Of a DNA stretch of 64,000 bases, positions 1-9,916 are shown in pieces. The stretch's first letter is position 1. Every line of letters begins with the position of its first letter. The stretch covers positions 192,001-256,000 of the forward strand of contig JBGAML010000005.1 in the NCBI GenBank assembly GCA_044223005.1, in the 5' to 3' direction. The notes below the pieces were generated by a model, which was not told the origin of the DNA, ran no database searches, and saw only the letters and a list, made by a program, of their open reading frames with translations. A program made the position numbers and the translations under genes. The DNA is from Candidatus Eiseniibacteriota bacterium. GTDB taxonomy: Bacteria; Eisenbacteria; RBG-16-71-46.

Positions 1-70
1 GCACCGATGCCAGTTTGGCGGCGGCCGCCCTCCGCGCCGCGACCTTTCCCACGAGCCCAGGGAGTCCGCC

Positions 71-517
71 ATGCCTCGCAAGCCGACGCACGCCGACGCC
101 GAGCTGCTCCTCCGCCTCTACGAGATCCGCCGCGACCCGGAGCTGCGCCGCGCCCGCAAGTGGTTCCTCACCGAGTTCCGGCCGCGGCCCTGGGACGAGA
201 TCGCGGCGACGTACCTGACGCACTCGGACGAGGACCGCTGGTTCCGCATGACCTTCTCGTACTGGGAGATGGTCGGAACGCTCGTGAACCGCGGCGTGCT
301 GCACGACGAGCTCTTCTTCGAGCACACGGGCGAGGACGTCGTGACGTGGGAGAAGTGCAAGCCATGGATCGAAGGCGCGCGCGCGAAGATCCGGCCCACG
401 TACCTGCACAACTTCGAGAAACTGGTTACCGACCACCTGAAGTTCCGCGCGAAGATCAACGCCGCCGCGGTGAAGCGCGCGGCGAAGCCCGCGCGCCGCA
501 CGAAGGCGAAGCGCTGA
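71..517 (+). CDS. Hypothetical protein (possibly DUF4760-like)
   Basis: 148 aa ORF, GGGAG RBS, protein-like composition; stop overlaps the aroC start (TGATG). Confidence 0.7.
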   Translation: MPRKPTHADAELLLRLYEIRRDPELRRARKWFLTEFRPRPWDEIAATYLTHSDEDRWFRMTFSYWEMVGTLVNRGVLHDELFFEHTGEDVVTWEKCKPWIEGARAKIRPTYLHNFEKLVTDHLKFRAKINAAAVKRAAKPARRTKAKR

Positions 518-1578
518 TGTCGTCCACCTTCGGCCGCCTGTTCCAGGTCACGACGTTCGGGGAATCGCACGGTGCCGGCGTCGGCGTGCTCGTGGACGGC
601 ATGCCGCCCGGCTTCGCGGTCGACCTCGCCGCGATCCAGCGCGAGCTGGATCGCAGGCGTCCCGGGCAGAGCGCGATCACGACGCAGCGGCAGGAGGCCG
701 ACCGCGTCGAGCTCGTCTCCGGCGTGCACGAGGGCGTCTCGCTCGGGACGCCGATCCTCATGCTGGTGCGCAACGCCGACCAGCGCTCGAAGGACTACGA
801 CGCGCTCAAGGACGTCTTCCGCCCGGGCCACGCCGACTACGCGTACGCACAGAAGTACGGCGTGCGCGACCACCGCGGCGGCGGCCGCTCGTCGGGCCGC
901 GAGACCGTCGGCCGCGTGGCCGCGGGGGCGCTGGCGAAGTCGGCGCTCGCGACCGTCGGCGTGACGATCGTCGGCGGCACGGTGCGCGTCGCCGACGTCG
1001 AGGCGGCGACGCGCGACTGGAACGTGACGGAGACGAACGCGATCCGCTGCCCGGATGCCGAGGCGGCGGCGCGGATGATCGCGGTGATCGAGCGGGCGCG
1101 CGACGCGAAGGACTCGGTGGGCGGCGTGGTCGAACTGGTCGCGCGCGGCGTCCCGGCGGGCTGGGGCGATCCCACGATGAGCAAGCTCGACGCGATGCTC
1201 GGCGCGGCGATGCTGTCGATCCCGGCGACCAAGGGCGTCGAGATCGGCGGCGGCTTCGCGATGACGGCACTGCACGGCTCGCAGACGAACGACGTCTTCG
1301 ACGGCGAACGTTACGCGAGCAACTGGTCGGGCGGCATCTCGGGCGGGATCTCGAACGGCAACGACCTCGTGGTGCGCGTGGCCGTCCGCCCGGCGACGAG
1401 CATCGGCAAGCCGCAGGTGATGGCGAAGGCGGGGGGCGGCACCGAGACGGTCGCGATCGAGGGCCGCCACGATCCCTGCATCTGCCCGCGCGTCGTCCCC
1501 GTCGCCGAGGCGATGCTCGCGATCACGCTCATGGACGCGTGGCTGCGGCAGCGCGCACTGCGCGGCCGGGACCGCTGA
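517..1578 (+). CDS. aroC: Chorismate synthase
   Basis: TTFGESHG, RPGHAD, GGGRSSGRET and GRHDPC motifs; ATG at 517. Confidence 0.97.
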   Translation: MSSTFGRLFQVTTFGESHGAGVGVLVDGMPPGFAVDLAAIQRELDRRRPGQSAITTQRQEADRVELVSGVHEGVSLGTPILMLVRNADQRSKDYDALKDVFRPGHADYAYAQKYGVRDHRGGGRSSGRETVGRVAAGALAKSALATVGVTIVGGTVRVADVEAATRDWNVTETNAIRCPDAEAAARMIAVIERARDAKDSVGGVVELVARGVPAGWGDPTMSKLDAMLGAAMLSIPATKGVEIGGGFAMTALHGSQTNDVFDGERYASNWSGGISGGISNGNDLVVRVAVRPATSIGKPQVMAKAGGGTETVAIEGRHDPCICPRVVPVAEAMLAITLMDAWLRQRALRGRDR

Positions 1579-1603
1579 ACCCGCGCACACCCCGGTGCCT
1601 CCA

Positions 1604-1633
1604 TTGACCCTCGCGCGCGGCCGATGCTAGGCT
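1604..1633 (+). promoter_or_regulatory. Putative sigma70 promoter of the aroF leader
   Basis: TTGACC-18bp-TAGGCT with TG extended -10. Confidence 0.55.
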
Positions 1634-1664
1634 TTTCCCTCACGTTCCTGCCCACGGAGGTCTC

Positions 1665-1745
1665 GTGCACGTCCGCCGGTTCGAGTGGTGCGATCGCGGG
1701 TACGGCTTCGCCTGGCGAAGCCGGGAGACCGCGTTGGCCCTCTGA
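1665..1745 (+). CDS. Putative attenuator leader peptide MHVRRFEWCDRGYGFAWRSRETALAL
   Basis: GGAGG at 1656-1660, GTG start, 26 codons including F,W,Y,F,W; alternative hairpins; directly upstream of DAHP synthase. Confidence 0.65.
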   Translation: MHVRRFEWCDRGYGFAWRSRETALAL

Positions 1746-1820
1746 CGTCCACGAGCCTTCCGCGATCTCCCAGCCCATGCCGAAGCGGCGTGGGCTGAAG
1801 TGTTCGGAGCGACATCGCCG

Positions 1821-2830
<1,010 letters not shown>

Positions 2831-2834
<4 letters not shown>

Positions 2835-3892
2835 CGCACGCTCGCGCCGGCACGGCCGCACTCGCGCTGGCGGTGCTGCTCGCGTCGGGCTGCGGCGGCG
2901 CGTCGAAATCCTCCGGCCCCGCGGGCCCCGGGGCGCCGCTCCTCGGCCTGGTCGCGAACCCGGTCGACGCGGCGGTCGCGCGCGGCGACTCGAACCTCGC
3001 GGCGATCACGCTCGCCAAGTCGACGGGCGTGAACATGATCCAGGAGGGCGACAACTGGCACGACCTCGAGCCCACACCCGGCGCGATCGACATGGCGCGC
3101 CTGGCGCTGCGCGCGCAGGTGAACACCGCGCTCGGACTCGCGCCCGCCCACACGTTCCGGATCGTCGACACGAACCAGCGCGCCACTCCGGCCGACCTGG
3201 CCGCCACGGCGTGGGACGACCCGGCGATGTTCGCGCGCGTCGACGCCGCGGTGGATTCGATCCTCGCGTCCATGGCGACCGAGTCGCCAGTGATGTTCTC
3301 GCTCGGCAACGAGGTCGACGCCTACTTCGGCACGCACTCCACGGAGCTGCCCGCGTACGTGCGGTTGCTGCGGCGCGAGATCGCGCGCATTCACACGGCA
3401 CGTCCCGGCGTGCCGGTGGGCTGCTGCACGCAATCGCCCCCCGGCAATCCCACTGCGTGGGTGGGGGACACGCTCAACACGTACACCGACGTGCGCGTCT
3501 ACACCTACTACCCGATGGTGAACCCTTCGGACTTCCAGTTCCGTCCGCCGACCACGCTCGAGGGCGACCTGGACGGCATCCTGGCCGCCGGGCCATCACC
3601 CGTCTACCTGCAGGAAGTCGGCTACGCTTCGTCGCCGGTCTGCGGCAGTTCGCTCTCGGCGCAGGCCGAGTTCGTGAGCCGGTTCCGGCACTGGCACGCC
3701 AGGCAGTCCCGCGCCAAGTTGCTGGGAGCCAGCTACTTCCTGTTCACGGACTGGACGGGGGCCACGCTCGACGGGCTGACGACGTATTATGGCTTCACGA
3801 GCCCCGGGTTCCGGGGCTTCCTCGGGACGCTGGGCCTGCGGGATTCCAGCGGACTCGCGAAGCCGGCGTGGGAGGCATGGCGGAATCCCTGA
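2831..3892 (+). CDS. Lipoprotein, probable clan GH-A glycoside hydrolase
   Basis: Lipobox LASGC; SLGNEVD and YLQEVGY candidate catalytic glutamates; start uncertain (CTG overlapping the aroF stop). Confidence 0.6.
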
Positions 3893-3983
3893 CGGGAACC
3901 GCTGTCCCGCGAACATCGAACCCATCCCCCGAGAAGACACGGCCGCAGGCGCCCCACGCGCGTCCGGTCCGGGAGATCCGTTC

Positions 3984-4544
3984 ATGTCGCGCATCGTTCG
4001 CTGGAGCTTCCTCTTGTTCGCACTGTGGGCCACGACGGCATGGGCGTCGACACCGACGCTCGCGTTCCGCGGTGGAATGGCGATGGAAGGGGCGCAGGGG
4101 AACCTGCAGGACGGCTGGACGGCAGGCGCGTCGGTCGAGTGGCCGCAGGGCTGGGGAGTCCTCGGCATCGACGGCGACTGGGCCGAAGATGGCCGGGCCG
4201 CGGAATCCGGCACCGATTACAACTTCCGCGTCGTCCACCTCGGGCCCGCCATCCGCCGGTCTTTCGGCACCGGAGCAGTGCGTCCGGCGCTCGAAGCCGG
4301 AGCGGGCCTGGCGTACGTCCACGGCGAGGTTCGCGACCACACCGGCCTGCTCGACGAGACCACTCGCGTCGCCGCAGCCGGATGGCTCGGAGGCGGCGTG
4401 GCGTTGCGCCTCGATCCGCATTGGGACGCGCGGCTCGAAGGGCGCTACCAGTTCTACGTCATCGACATGCCGGACGTGGTCTCCGGCGGCGGGAACCTCG
4501 GCGACCACTATGGCGTGACGCTCGGATTCGCGTTCCACCACTGA
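3984..4544 (+). CDS. Outer membrane beta-barrel protein
   Basis: Signal peptide (..ATTAWA), amphipathic strands, C-terminal YGVTLGFAF. Confidence 0.65.
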   Translation: MSRIVRWSFLLFALWATTAWASTPTLAFRGGMAMEGAQGNLQDGWTAGASVEWPQGWGVLGIDGDWAEDGRAAESGTDYNFRVVHLGPAIRRSFGTGAVRPALEAGAGLAYVHGEVRDHTGLLDETTRVAAAGWLGGGVALRLDPHWDARLEGRYQFYVIDMPDVVSGGGNLGDHYGVTLGFAFHH

Positions 4545-4651
4545 TCGTGTTCGCCCGCGGGGACACCCGCGGAACCGTGCACACCGTGCGGTGTAACCTG
4601 CGCGGGCGGCCATCGTGGCCGCCCGCGCTCGTCGCTCCGGAGGCGTCCGCC

Positions 4652-5239
4652 ATGTTCCGCGTCCTCGCCGCGTCGTTCGTCCTCGTGATCGTCGCCGTCG
4701 CTCCGCTCACCGCGCGTGCCGCGGCGCCCCCGGCCGGGTCGATCGTGCGCGTGAGCACCACCGATCGCGCGCACCCGCTGCGCGGCGCGCTCGTCTCGAT
4801 GCGCGGCGACTCGATCCGGCTCGACACGCGCCACGGGCACCGCGTCGCGATCGCGCGATCGGCGGTGACCGCGCTGGAGGTGCGCGGCGGCGTGCGGCCC
4901 AGCACGCGCAAGGCCACCCTGCTCGGCATCGGCCTCGGCCTCGCGGGCGGCGCGGCGATCGGCGCCGCGGCCGGCAACATCCCGCTGGGCGAGGGCGAGG
5001 AGGAGGGCCGTGCCCCGAACCCGCAGCAGCAGACGTCCGCGAGCTATCGCGCGATCGTGGGCGGCGCGGTCGGCGGGCTCGTCGGCGGCGTGGTCGGCTC
5101 GCTCACCGGGCTCGGCCAGACCGAGGACGAGTGGAAGCCCGTGCCGCTCCACGCCACGAACGCCGGACCGCGCGGCACGCTGCCGTCCGAGACGTTTGCG
5201 GTGCGAGTGCCGCTCGTACACGTGGCGTTCCGCCGCTAG
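4652..5239 (+). CDS. Hypothetical exported protein with glycine-zipper segments
   Basis: GGAGG RBS, signal peptide, GxxxG repeats (GIGLGLAGGAAIG; GGAVGGLVGGVVG). Confidence 0.6.
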   Translation: MFRVLAASFVLVIVAVAPLTARAAAPPAGSIVRVSTTDRAHPLRGALVSMRGDSIRLDTRHGHRVAIARSAVTALEVRGGVRPSTRKATLLGIGLGLAGGAAIGAAAGNIPLGEGEEEGRAPNPQQQTSASYRAIVGGAVGGLVGGVVGSLTGLGQTEDEWKPVPLHATNAGPRGTLPSETFAVRVPLVHVAFRR

Positions 5240-5251
5240 CGGGCGCCCCGC

Positions 5252-5280
5252 TTGACGGCCCGGGGCACCTGCGGTTTACT
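5252..5280 (+). promoter_or_regulatory. Putative sigma70 promoter for tRNA-Val
   Basis: TTGACG-17bp-TTTACT followed by a GC-rich discriminator. Confidence 0.55.
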
Positions 5281-5293
5281 CCGCGGCCCCGAA

Positions 5294-5369
5294 GGGCGAT
5301 TAGCTCAGTTGGTAGAGCACTTGCTCGACAAGCAAGGGGTCACTGGTTCAAGTCCAGTATCGCCCACCA
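5294..5369 (+). tRNA. tRNA-Val(GAC)
   Basis: Cloverleaf: GGGCGAT/ATCGCCC acceptor, CTTGC/GCAAG anticodon stem, TTCAAGT T-loop, encoded CCA. Confidence 0.95.
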
Positions 5370-5401
5370 TGTTCCGGCGCCCCGTTCGTGTGGCGCCGTC
5401 C

Positions 5402-5438
5402 GGCCCCGGAGGTCTCGCCTCCGGGGTTCCGCGTTTCC
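5402..5438 (+). terminator. Possible terminator hairpin after the tRNA
   Basis: GGCCCCGGAGG-tctcg-CCTCCGGGGTT stem; weak T tract. Confidence 0.4.
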
Positions 5439-5551
5439 GGCCCCGGGGCCAATAGGGCCCCTCCGGCGCGTGTGATACCGTTCCTTCGGCCATCGCGGTT
5501 CGCCACCGTAGGGCGGGCCGACACGATTCCCTCCGCCAGGACCCCAATCCC

Positions 5552-7318
5552 ATGAACGCCACCCCGAGCACCGGCCCGGACCTCTCGCAGTACCCGGGCG
5601 GGGAAGCGCTGTACCGCCTCCGCCATTCCGCCGCCCACGTCCTCGCCACCGCCGTCACGCAACTGTTCCCCGAGGTGAAGGTCGCCGGCGGCCCGCCCGT
5701 CGAGGGCGGCTTCTACTACGACTTCGCCAAGCCGACGCCGTTCACGCCCGAGGACCTCGAGCGGATCGAGGCGCGCATGCGCGAGGTGGTCGCCGCCGAC
5801 CAGAAGTTCGAGTACGCCGAGCGCACGCGCGCCGAAGCGGCCGAGATCTGGAAGGACGAAAAATACAAGCTCCACTTCCTCTCGCAGATCCCCGAGGGCG
5901 CGAAGGTCACGACCTACCGGAACGGCGAGTTCCTCGACCTCTGCCGCGGACCGCACGTGGAGAGCACGGGGAAGCTGAAGGCGTTCAAGCTCACGCACGT
6001 CGCCGGCGCCTACTGGCTGGGCTCCGAGAAGAACGAGATGCTCCAGCGCATCTACGGCACCGCGTTCGCGACGCAGGCGGAGCTCGACGAGCACCTGAAG
6101 CGCATCGAGGAGGCGCTCAAGCGCGACCATCGCCGTCTCGGCCGCGAGCTCGACCTCTATTCGATCCACGAGGAAGTGGGCGCGGGGCTCGTGCACTGGC
6201 ACCCGCGGCTCGGGATGGTGCGTCACGTGCTCGAGGGCTTCTGGAAGGAGCAGCACCTGCAGGCGGGCTATTCGCTCGTCTACACGCCGCACATCGCGAG
6301 CGAGAAGCTCTACACGATCAGCGGGCACCTCGAGAACTACGCGGACATCATGTACTCGCCGATGCAGATCGACGAGCAGGCGTACCGCGCCAAGCCGATG
6401 AACTGCCCGAACCACATCATGATCTACAAGAGCCGCCCGCACTCGTACCGCGAGCTGCCGTTGCGATTCGCGGAACTGGGCACGGTGTACCGCTACGAGC
6501 GCAGCGGCGTGCTGCACGGCATGGAGCGCGTGCGCGGCTTCACGCAGGACGACTCGCACATCTTCTGCACGCCGGACCAGCTGCTGTCCGAGGTGCAGGG
6601 CGTGCTCGACCTGCATCACCGGATCGTGACCACGTTCGGCTACGAGTACCAGTGCTACCTGGCCACGCGACCGCTCGACAAGTACCTCGGCACCGACGAG
6701 CAGTGGGAGTTCGCGACGAACGCGCTGCGCGGCGCGCTCGAGGCCCGCGGCATCCCGTACGAGGTCGACGAGGGCGGCGGGGCGTTCTACGCGCCCAAGA
6801 TCGACATCAAGCTGCGCGACGCGATCGGCCGCGAATGGCAGTGCGGCACGGTGCAGGTCGACCTGAACCTGCCCAAGCGCTTCGGCGTCATGTACACGGG
6901 CCCGGACGGGCAGGAGCACGAGGTGATCATGCTGCACCGCGCGCTCTACGGTTCGCTCGAGCGCTTCGTGGGCATCTTCATCGAACACACGGGCGGCGAG
7001 TTCCCGGTGTGGGTCGCGCCGACGCAGGCGATGGTGATTCCGGTGCACCCGAAGGCGCACGAGTACGCGCAGCAGACGGCCGAGCTGCTCAAGGCGGGCG
7101 GCGTGCGCGTCGAAGTCGACGTGCGCGACGAGAAGCTGGGCGCCAAGATCCGCGACGCCGAGCTGCAGAAGGTGCCCTACATGGTCGTCGTGGGCCCGCG
7201 CGACGCCGAAGCGGGGACGTGCGCACCGCGGCGCAAGGGCCAGGGTGACCTCGGCACGATGCCGCGCGAGCAGTTCCTCGCGCGCGTGCAGCAGGAGATC
7301 CGCGACAAGGTCCGCTGA
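5552..7318 (+). CDS. thrS: Threonine--tRNA ligase
   Basis: RHSAAH, DLCRGPHV, RDHRRLG, KPMNCP, RVRGFTQDD, GAFYAPKID. Confidence 0.98.
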   Translation: MNATPSTGPDLSQYPGGEALYRLRHSAAHVLATAVTQLFPEVKVAGGPPVEGGFYYDFAKPTPFTPEDLERIEARMREVVAADQKFEYAERTRAEAAEIWKDEKYKLHFLSQIPEGAKVTTYRNGEFLDLCRGPHVESTGKLKAFKLTHVAGAYWLGSEKNEMLQRIYGTAFATQAELDEHLKRIEEALKRDHRRLGRELDLYSIHEEVGAGLVHWHPRLGMVRHVLEGFWKEQHLQAGYSLVYTPHIASEKLYTISGHLENYADIMYSPMQIDEQAYRAKPMNCPNHIMIYKSRPHSYRELPLRFAELGTVYRYERSGVLHGMERVRGFTQDDSHIFCTPDQLLSEVQGVLDLHHRIVTTFGYEYQCYLATRPLDKYLGTDEQWEFATNALRGALEARGIPYEVDEGGGAFYAPKIDIKLRDAIGREWQCGTVQVDLNLPKRFGVMYTGPDGQEHEVIMLHRALYGSLERFVGIFIEHTGGEFPVWVAPTQAMVIPVHPKAHEYAQQTAELLKAGGVRVEVDVRDEKLGAKIRDAELQKVPYMVVVGPRDAEAGTCAPRRKGQGDLGTMPREQFLARVQQEIRDKVR

Positions 7319-7374
7319 GCGCGATCGGAATCAGGCGAGCGCCGCGGCCCTCCGGCTCGCGGCGCTCGCGCGTT

Positions 7375-8121
7375 TCACCGCCGGGGCGCGTTCGGCTTCT
7401 TCGCGTCGATCGGGAAGCGGTAGGAGAGCCGGATCTTCCAGAGCGCGACGTCGTCGCTGCCGCGGCGGAGCGATTCGTAGCGTGTCTCGAGCCCGAGCGG
7501 GGCCTCCGGAGCCGGCTCGAACTCCCAGCGCACGGATGCCGTCCAGTAAGGCGACCACCCGTTGCGCAGCGCAGCCGGGTAGCCGTCGAGCCTGCCGTCC
7601 TCGGTCTGCAGCCGGAGCACGTCCTCGAGGCCGCTGCTTTCCCACGCGATGCCGCCGCCACCGGTCGCCCAGAAATTCCACGGCAGGCGCACCCCGAGCT
7701 CGGTGCGCGAGCCGATCGTCCACGCGCTCGCCTGGTACTGCGTCGACAGCGTGTCGAGCACGGGAGAGCCGCCGACGTCCGTTCCGGTGACGAAGTAGAG
7801 CGGGATGTTCGCCGTCGCCTGCAGCGTCTGGTAGTCGAGCGCCGTCCGCACCGCGAACCCACGCTTCGAACGCGCCTCGAGCCCGAGCGCGAGCCCCTGC
7901 CCGGATTCGTAGCTGCGCTTGAGCCACTTCGGTCCGGCCATCCAGCCGCCACCGAGTTCGCCCCACGGCCGCAGCCATGCGGGCCAGTGCGACTGCAGCG
8001 TGTCGGCGGGCACGGCGCGCACCGGAGCGGCGGGCGGGGGCGGCCCCTGCGCGCGGGCGGTGCCGGCCACGACGAGCGAAAGGAACAGCAACGCGGCGAC
8101 GATCGGTCGAGGGCGCGGCAT
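7375..8121 (-). CDS. Hypothetical exported/outer membrane beta-barrel protein
   Basis: Signal peptide MPRPRPIVAALLFLSLVVAGTARA, aromatic-rich strands, WKIRLSYRF near the C-terminus. Confidence 0.6.
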   Translation of the reverse strand: MPRPRPIVAALLFLSLVVAGTARAQGPPPPAAPVRAVPADTLQSHWPAWLRPWGELGGGWMAGPKWLKRSYESGQGLALGLEARSKRGFAVRTALDYQTLQATANIPLYFVTGTDVGGSPVLDTLSTQYQASAWTIGSRTELGVRLPWNFWATGGGGIAWESSGLEDVLRLQTEDGRLDGYPAALRNGWSPYWTASVRWEFEPAPEAPLGLETRYESLRRGSDDVALWKIRLSYRFPIDAKKPNAPRR

Positions 8122-8416
8122 GGCGCGAGAGGCCTCCGGGTCGGACACGGAAAACGGGGCGCGCCCCGGACTCTGGGCCCGGGGCGCGCGATCGTCAACG
8201 CCGGAGCGGCTCCGGGTGTCGCTCGCCACGAGGTGGCGCCGATCCGTGTCGAGACATGCTCGCGCGTCGCGGTCGAGGACGCAGGTGTGGGATCGCACCG
8301 TTCACGCGGAAAGGGTGGTCGTGCGGTCCATGTGGCTCGCGCCGACCGGACGGGCCCGGGTGGGAGCGGAGCGCCCGGTACGGCCCCGGAACGAGTCGGC
8401 CATTCCGGCAACGGAC

Positions 8417-8445
8417 TTGTGCCCGCGCCGGGGATTCCGTAAGAT
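8417..8445 (+). promoter_or_regulatory. Putative sigma70 promoter of the infC operon
   Basis: TTGTGC-17bp-TAAGAT. Confidence 0.6.
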
Positions 8446-8457
8446 GCTCCCCATTCG

Positions 8458-8620
8458 TAAGCAGAAGCCCCGCGCTTCTCACCCCCGCGGACCCATGTGG
8501 TCTCGCAAAGGGTTCGGGCCGCTCGACATTCATGCGGCCGGATTCAGGGAGTTTCCGGTATTCCCTCGGGACGCCGGGCGGGGTTTCGTGCGAGACCCTG
8601 CCCGGCGTCCGTGTTTGTTG
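8458..8620 (+). ncRNA. L20-leader-like cis-regulatory RNA with attenuator terminator
   Basis: AAGCAGAAGCCCCGCGCTTCTCACC resembles the Bacillus L20 leader 5' motif; ~20-bp hairpin 8569-8610 followed by GTGTTTGTT. Confidence 0.65.
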
Positions 8621-8667
8621 CGGCGCGGGCCGGTTCTCGCGAACCACCGCCGATGGAGGGAGACGCC

Positions 8668-9255
8668 ATTACCATCCCCGCCAAGCAGCAGGAAGCGCGC
8701 GTCAACGAGCGCATTCGTGTCCCGCAGGTCCGCGTGATCGGCGACGACGGTTCGCAGGTCGGCATCCTGACGACGCGCGAAGCGCTCGCGCTGGCCCAGT
8801 CCAAGGGCCTGGATCTCGTGGAAGTGGCCGCCACGTCGCGCCCGCCCGTGTGCCGCATCATGGACTACGGGAAGTTCAAGTACGAACAGAACCTCCGCGC
8901 GCGCAAGGCCCGCAAGAACCAGCACCAGATGCAGCTGAAGGAAGTCAAGATGCGTCCGAAGATCGAGGACCATGACTACAACTTCAAGCTGAAGCACGCG
9001 CGCACGTTCCTCGACGAGCGGGACAAGGTGAAGTTCACGGTCACGTTCCGTGGCCGCGAGATGGCGCACCAGGATCTCGGCTACAAGATCATCGAAGCGA
9101 TCATGACCGACCTCGCGGACGTCGCGGTCGTCGAGACGCCGCCTCGCACCGAGGGGCGCACGCTCAGCATGGTGATGGCGCCGAAGGCGAAGGCGCCGGA
9201 GCCCAAGAAGCCGTCGAACGAGTCCAGGAGCGCCGACGCCCCGCCGTCGAGCTGA
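8668..9255 (+). CDS. infC: Translation initiation factor IF-3, probable AUU start
   Basis: NERIRVPQVRVI, DLVEVA, VCRIMDYGKFKY, FRGRE; in-frame ATT 8 nt after GGAGG. Confidence 0.96.
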   Translation: MTIPAKQQEARVNERIRVPQVRVIGDDGSQVGILTTREALALAQSKGLDLVEVAATSRPPVCRIMDYGKFKYEQNLRARKARKNQHQMQLKEVKMRPKIEDHDYNFKLKHARTFLDERDKVKFTVTFRGREMAHQDLGYKIIEAIMTDLADVAVVETPPRTEGRTLSMVMAPKAKAPEPKKPSNESRSADAPPSS

Positions 9256-9276
9256 ACCATCGCAAGGAGAATCGAG

Positions 9277-9474
9277 ATGCCCAAGCAGAAGACCAACCGT
9301 GCCGCGCGCAAGCGGTTCAAGATCTCGGGGACCGGCAAGGCCAAGCGCCGCCAGTCGCACCTGCGTCACGGCATGATCGCGGATTCGCGCGGTCCCAAGC
9401 GCAAGAAGGGTTCGTCCGTCGTGGTGGCCGGCGCCGACCAGGCGCGCGTGCTGCGCATGCTCGGCCAGCGCTGA
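9277..9474 (+). CDS. rpmI: 50S ribosomal protein L35
   Basis: MPKQKTNRAARKRFKISGTGK; synteny. Confidence 0.95.
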   Translation: MPKQKTNRAARKRFKISGTGKAKRRQSHLRHGMIADSRGPKRKKGSSVVVAGADQARVLRMLGQR

Positions 9475-9552
9475 TCACACCCCCAACCACGACCTACACG
9501 CCCGTCCCCGTGACGCCGCCCTGAGGCGCGCGCGGGGCAGGAGGAATCGAAG

Positions 9553-9909
9553 ATGCCTCGCTCCAAAACCGTCGTCCCGGGACGTGCCCGGCGCAAGAAG
9601 ATCCTCAAGGCCGCCAAGGGCAACTTCAGCGGCCGGCGGAAGCTCTACAAGTCCGCACTGCAGACCGTCCAGCGCGCCGGCCAGTTCGCCTATGAACACC
9701 GCCGGCTCAAGAAGCGCGATTTCCGCAGCCTGTGGATCACGCGCATCAACGCGGCGGCCCGCCTGAACGGCCTCACCTACAGCACCCTCATCGCGGGCCT
9801 CAAGAAGGCCAACGTCGAGGTGAACCGCAAGCTGCTCGCCGACCTCGCCGTGCACGACGCGGGCGCCTTCACCAAGCTCGCGGAGGTGGCGAAGGCCGCG
9901 ACGGCGTGA
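9553..9909 (+). CDS. rplT: 50S ribosomal protein L20
   Basis: [28 protein letters not shown]. Confidence 0.97.
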   Translation: MPRSKTVVPGRARRKKILKAAKGNFSGRRKLYKSALQTVQRAGQFAYEHRRLKKRDFRSLWITRINAAARLNGLTYSTLIAGLKKANVEVNRKLLADLAVHDAGAFTKLAEVAKAATA

Positions 9910-9916
9910 GCGGACG

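Noticed and set aside
7..516. N-terminal extension of aroC in the ORF track
   Set aside because: Overlaps the real 71-517 gene; AroC homology starts at ATG 517
5370..5551. T-box or other thrS leader
   Set aside because: No T-box motif or specifier loop recognisable
5552..5700. ThrS lacking the N-terminal TGS domain
   Set aside because: Short ThrRS forms are known in many bacteria
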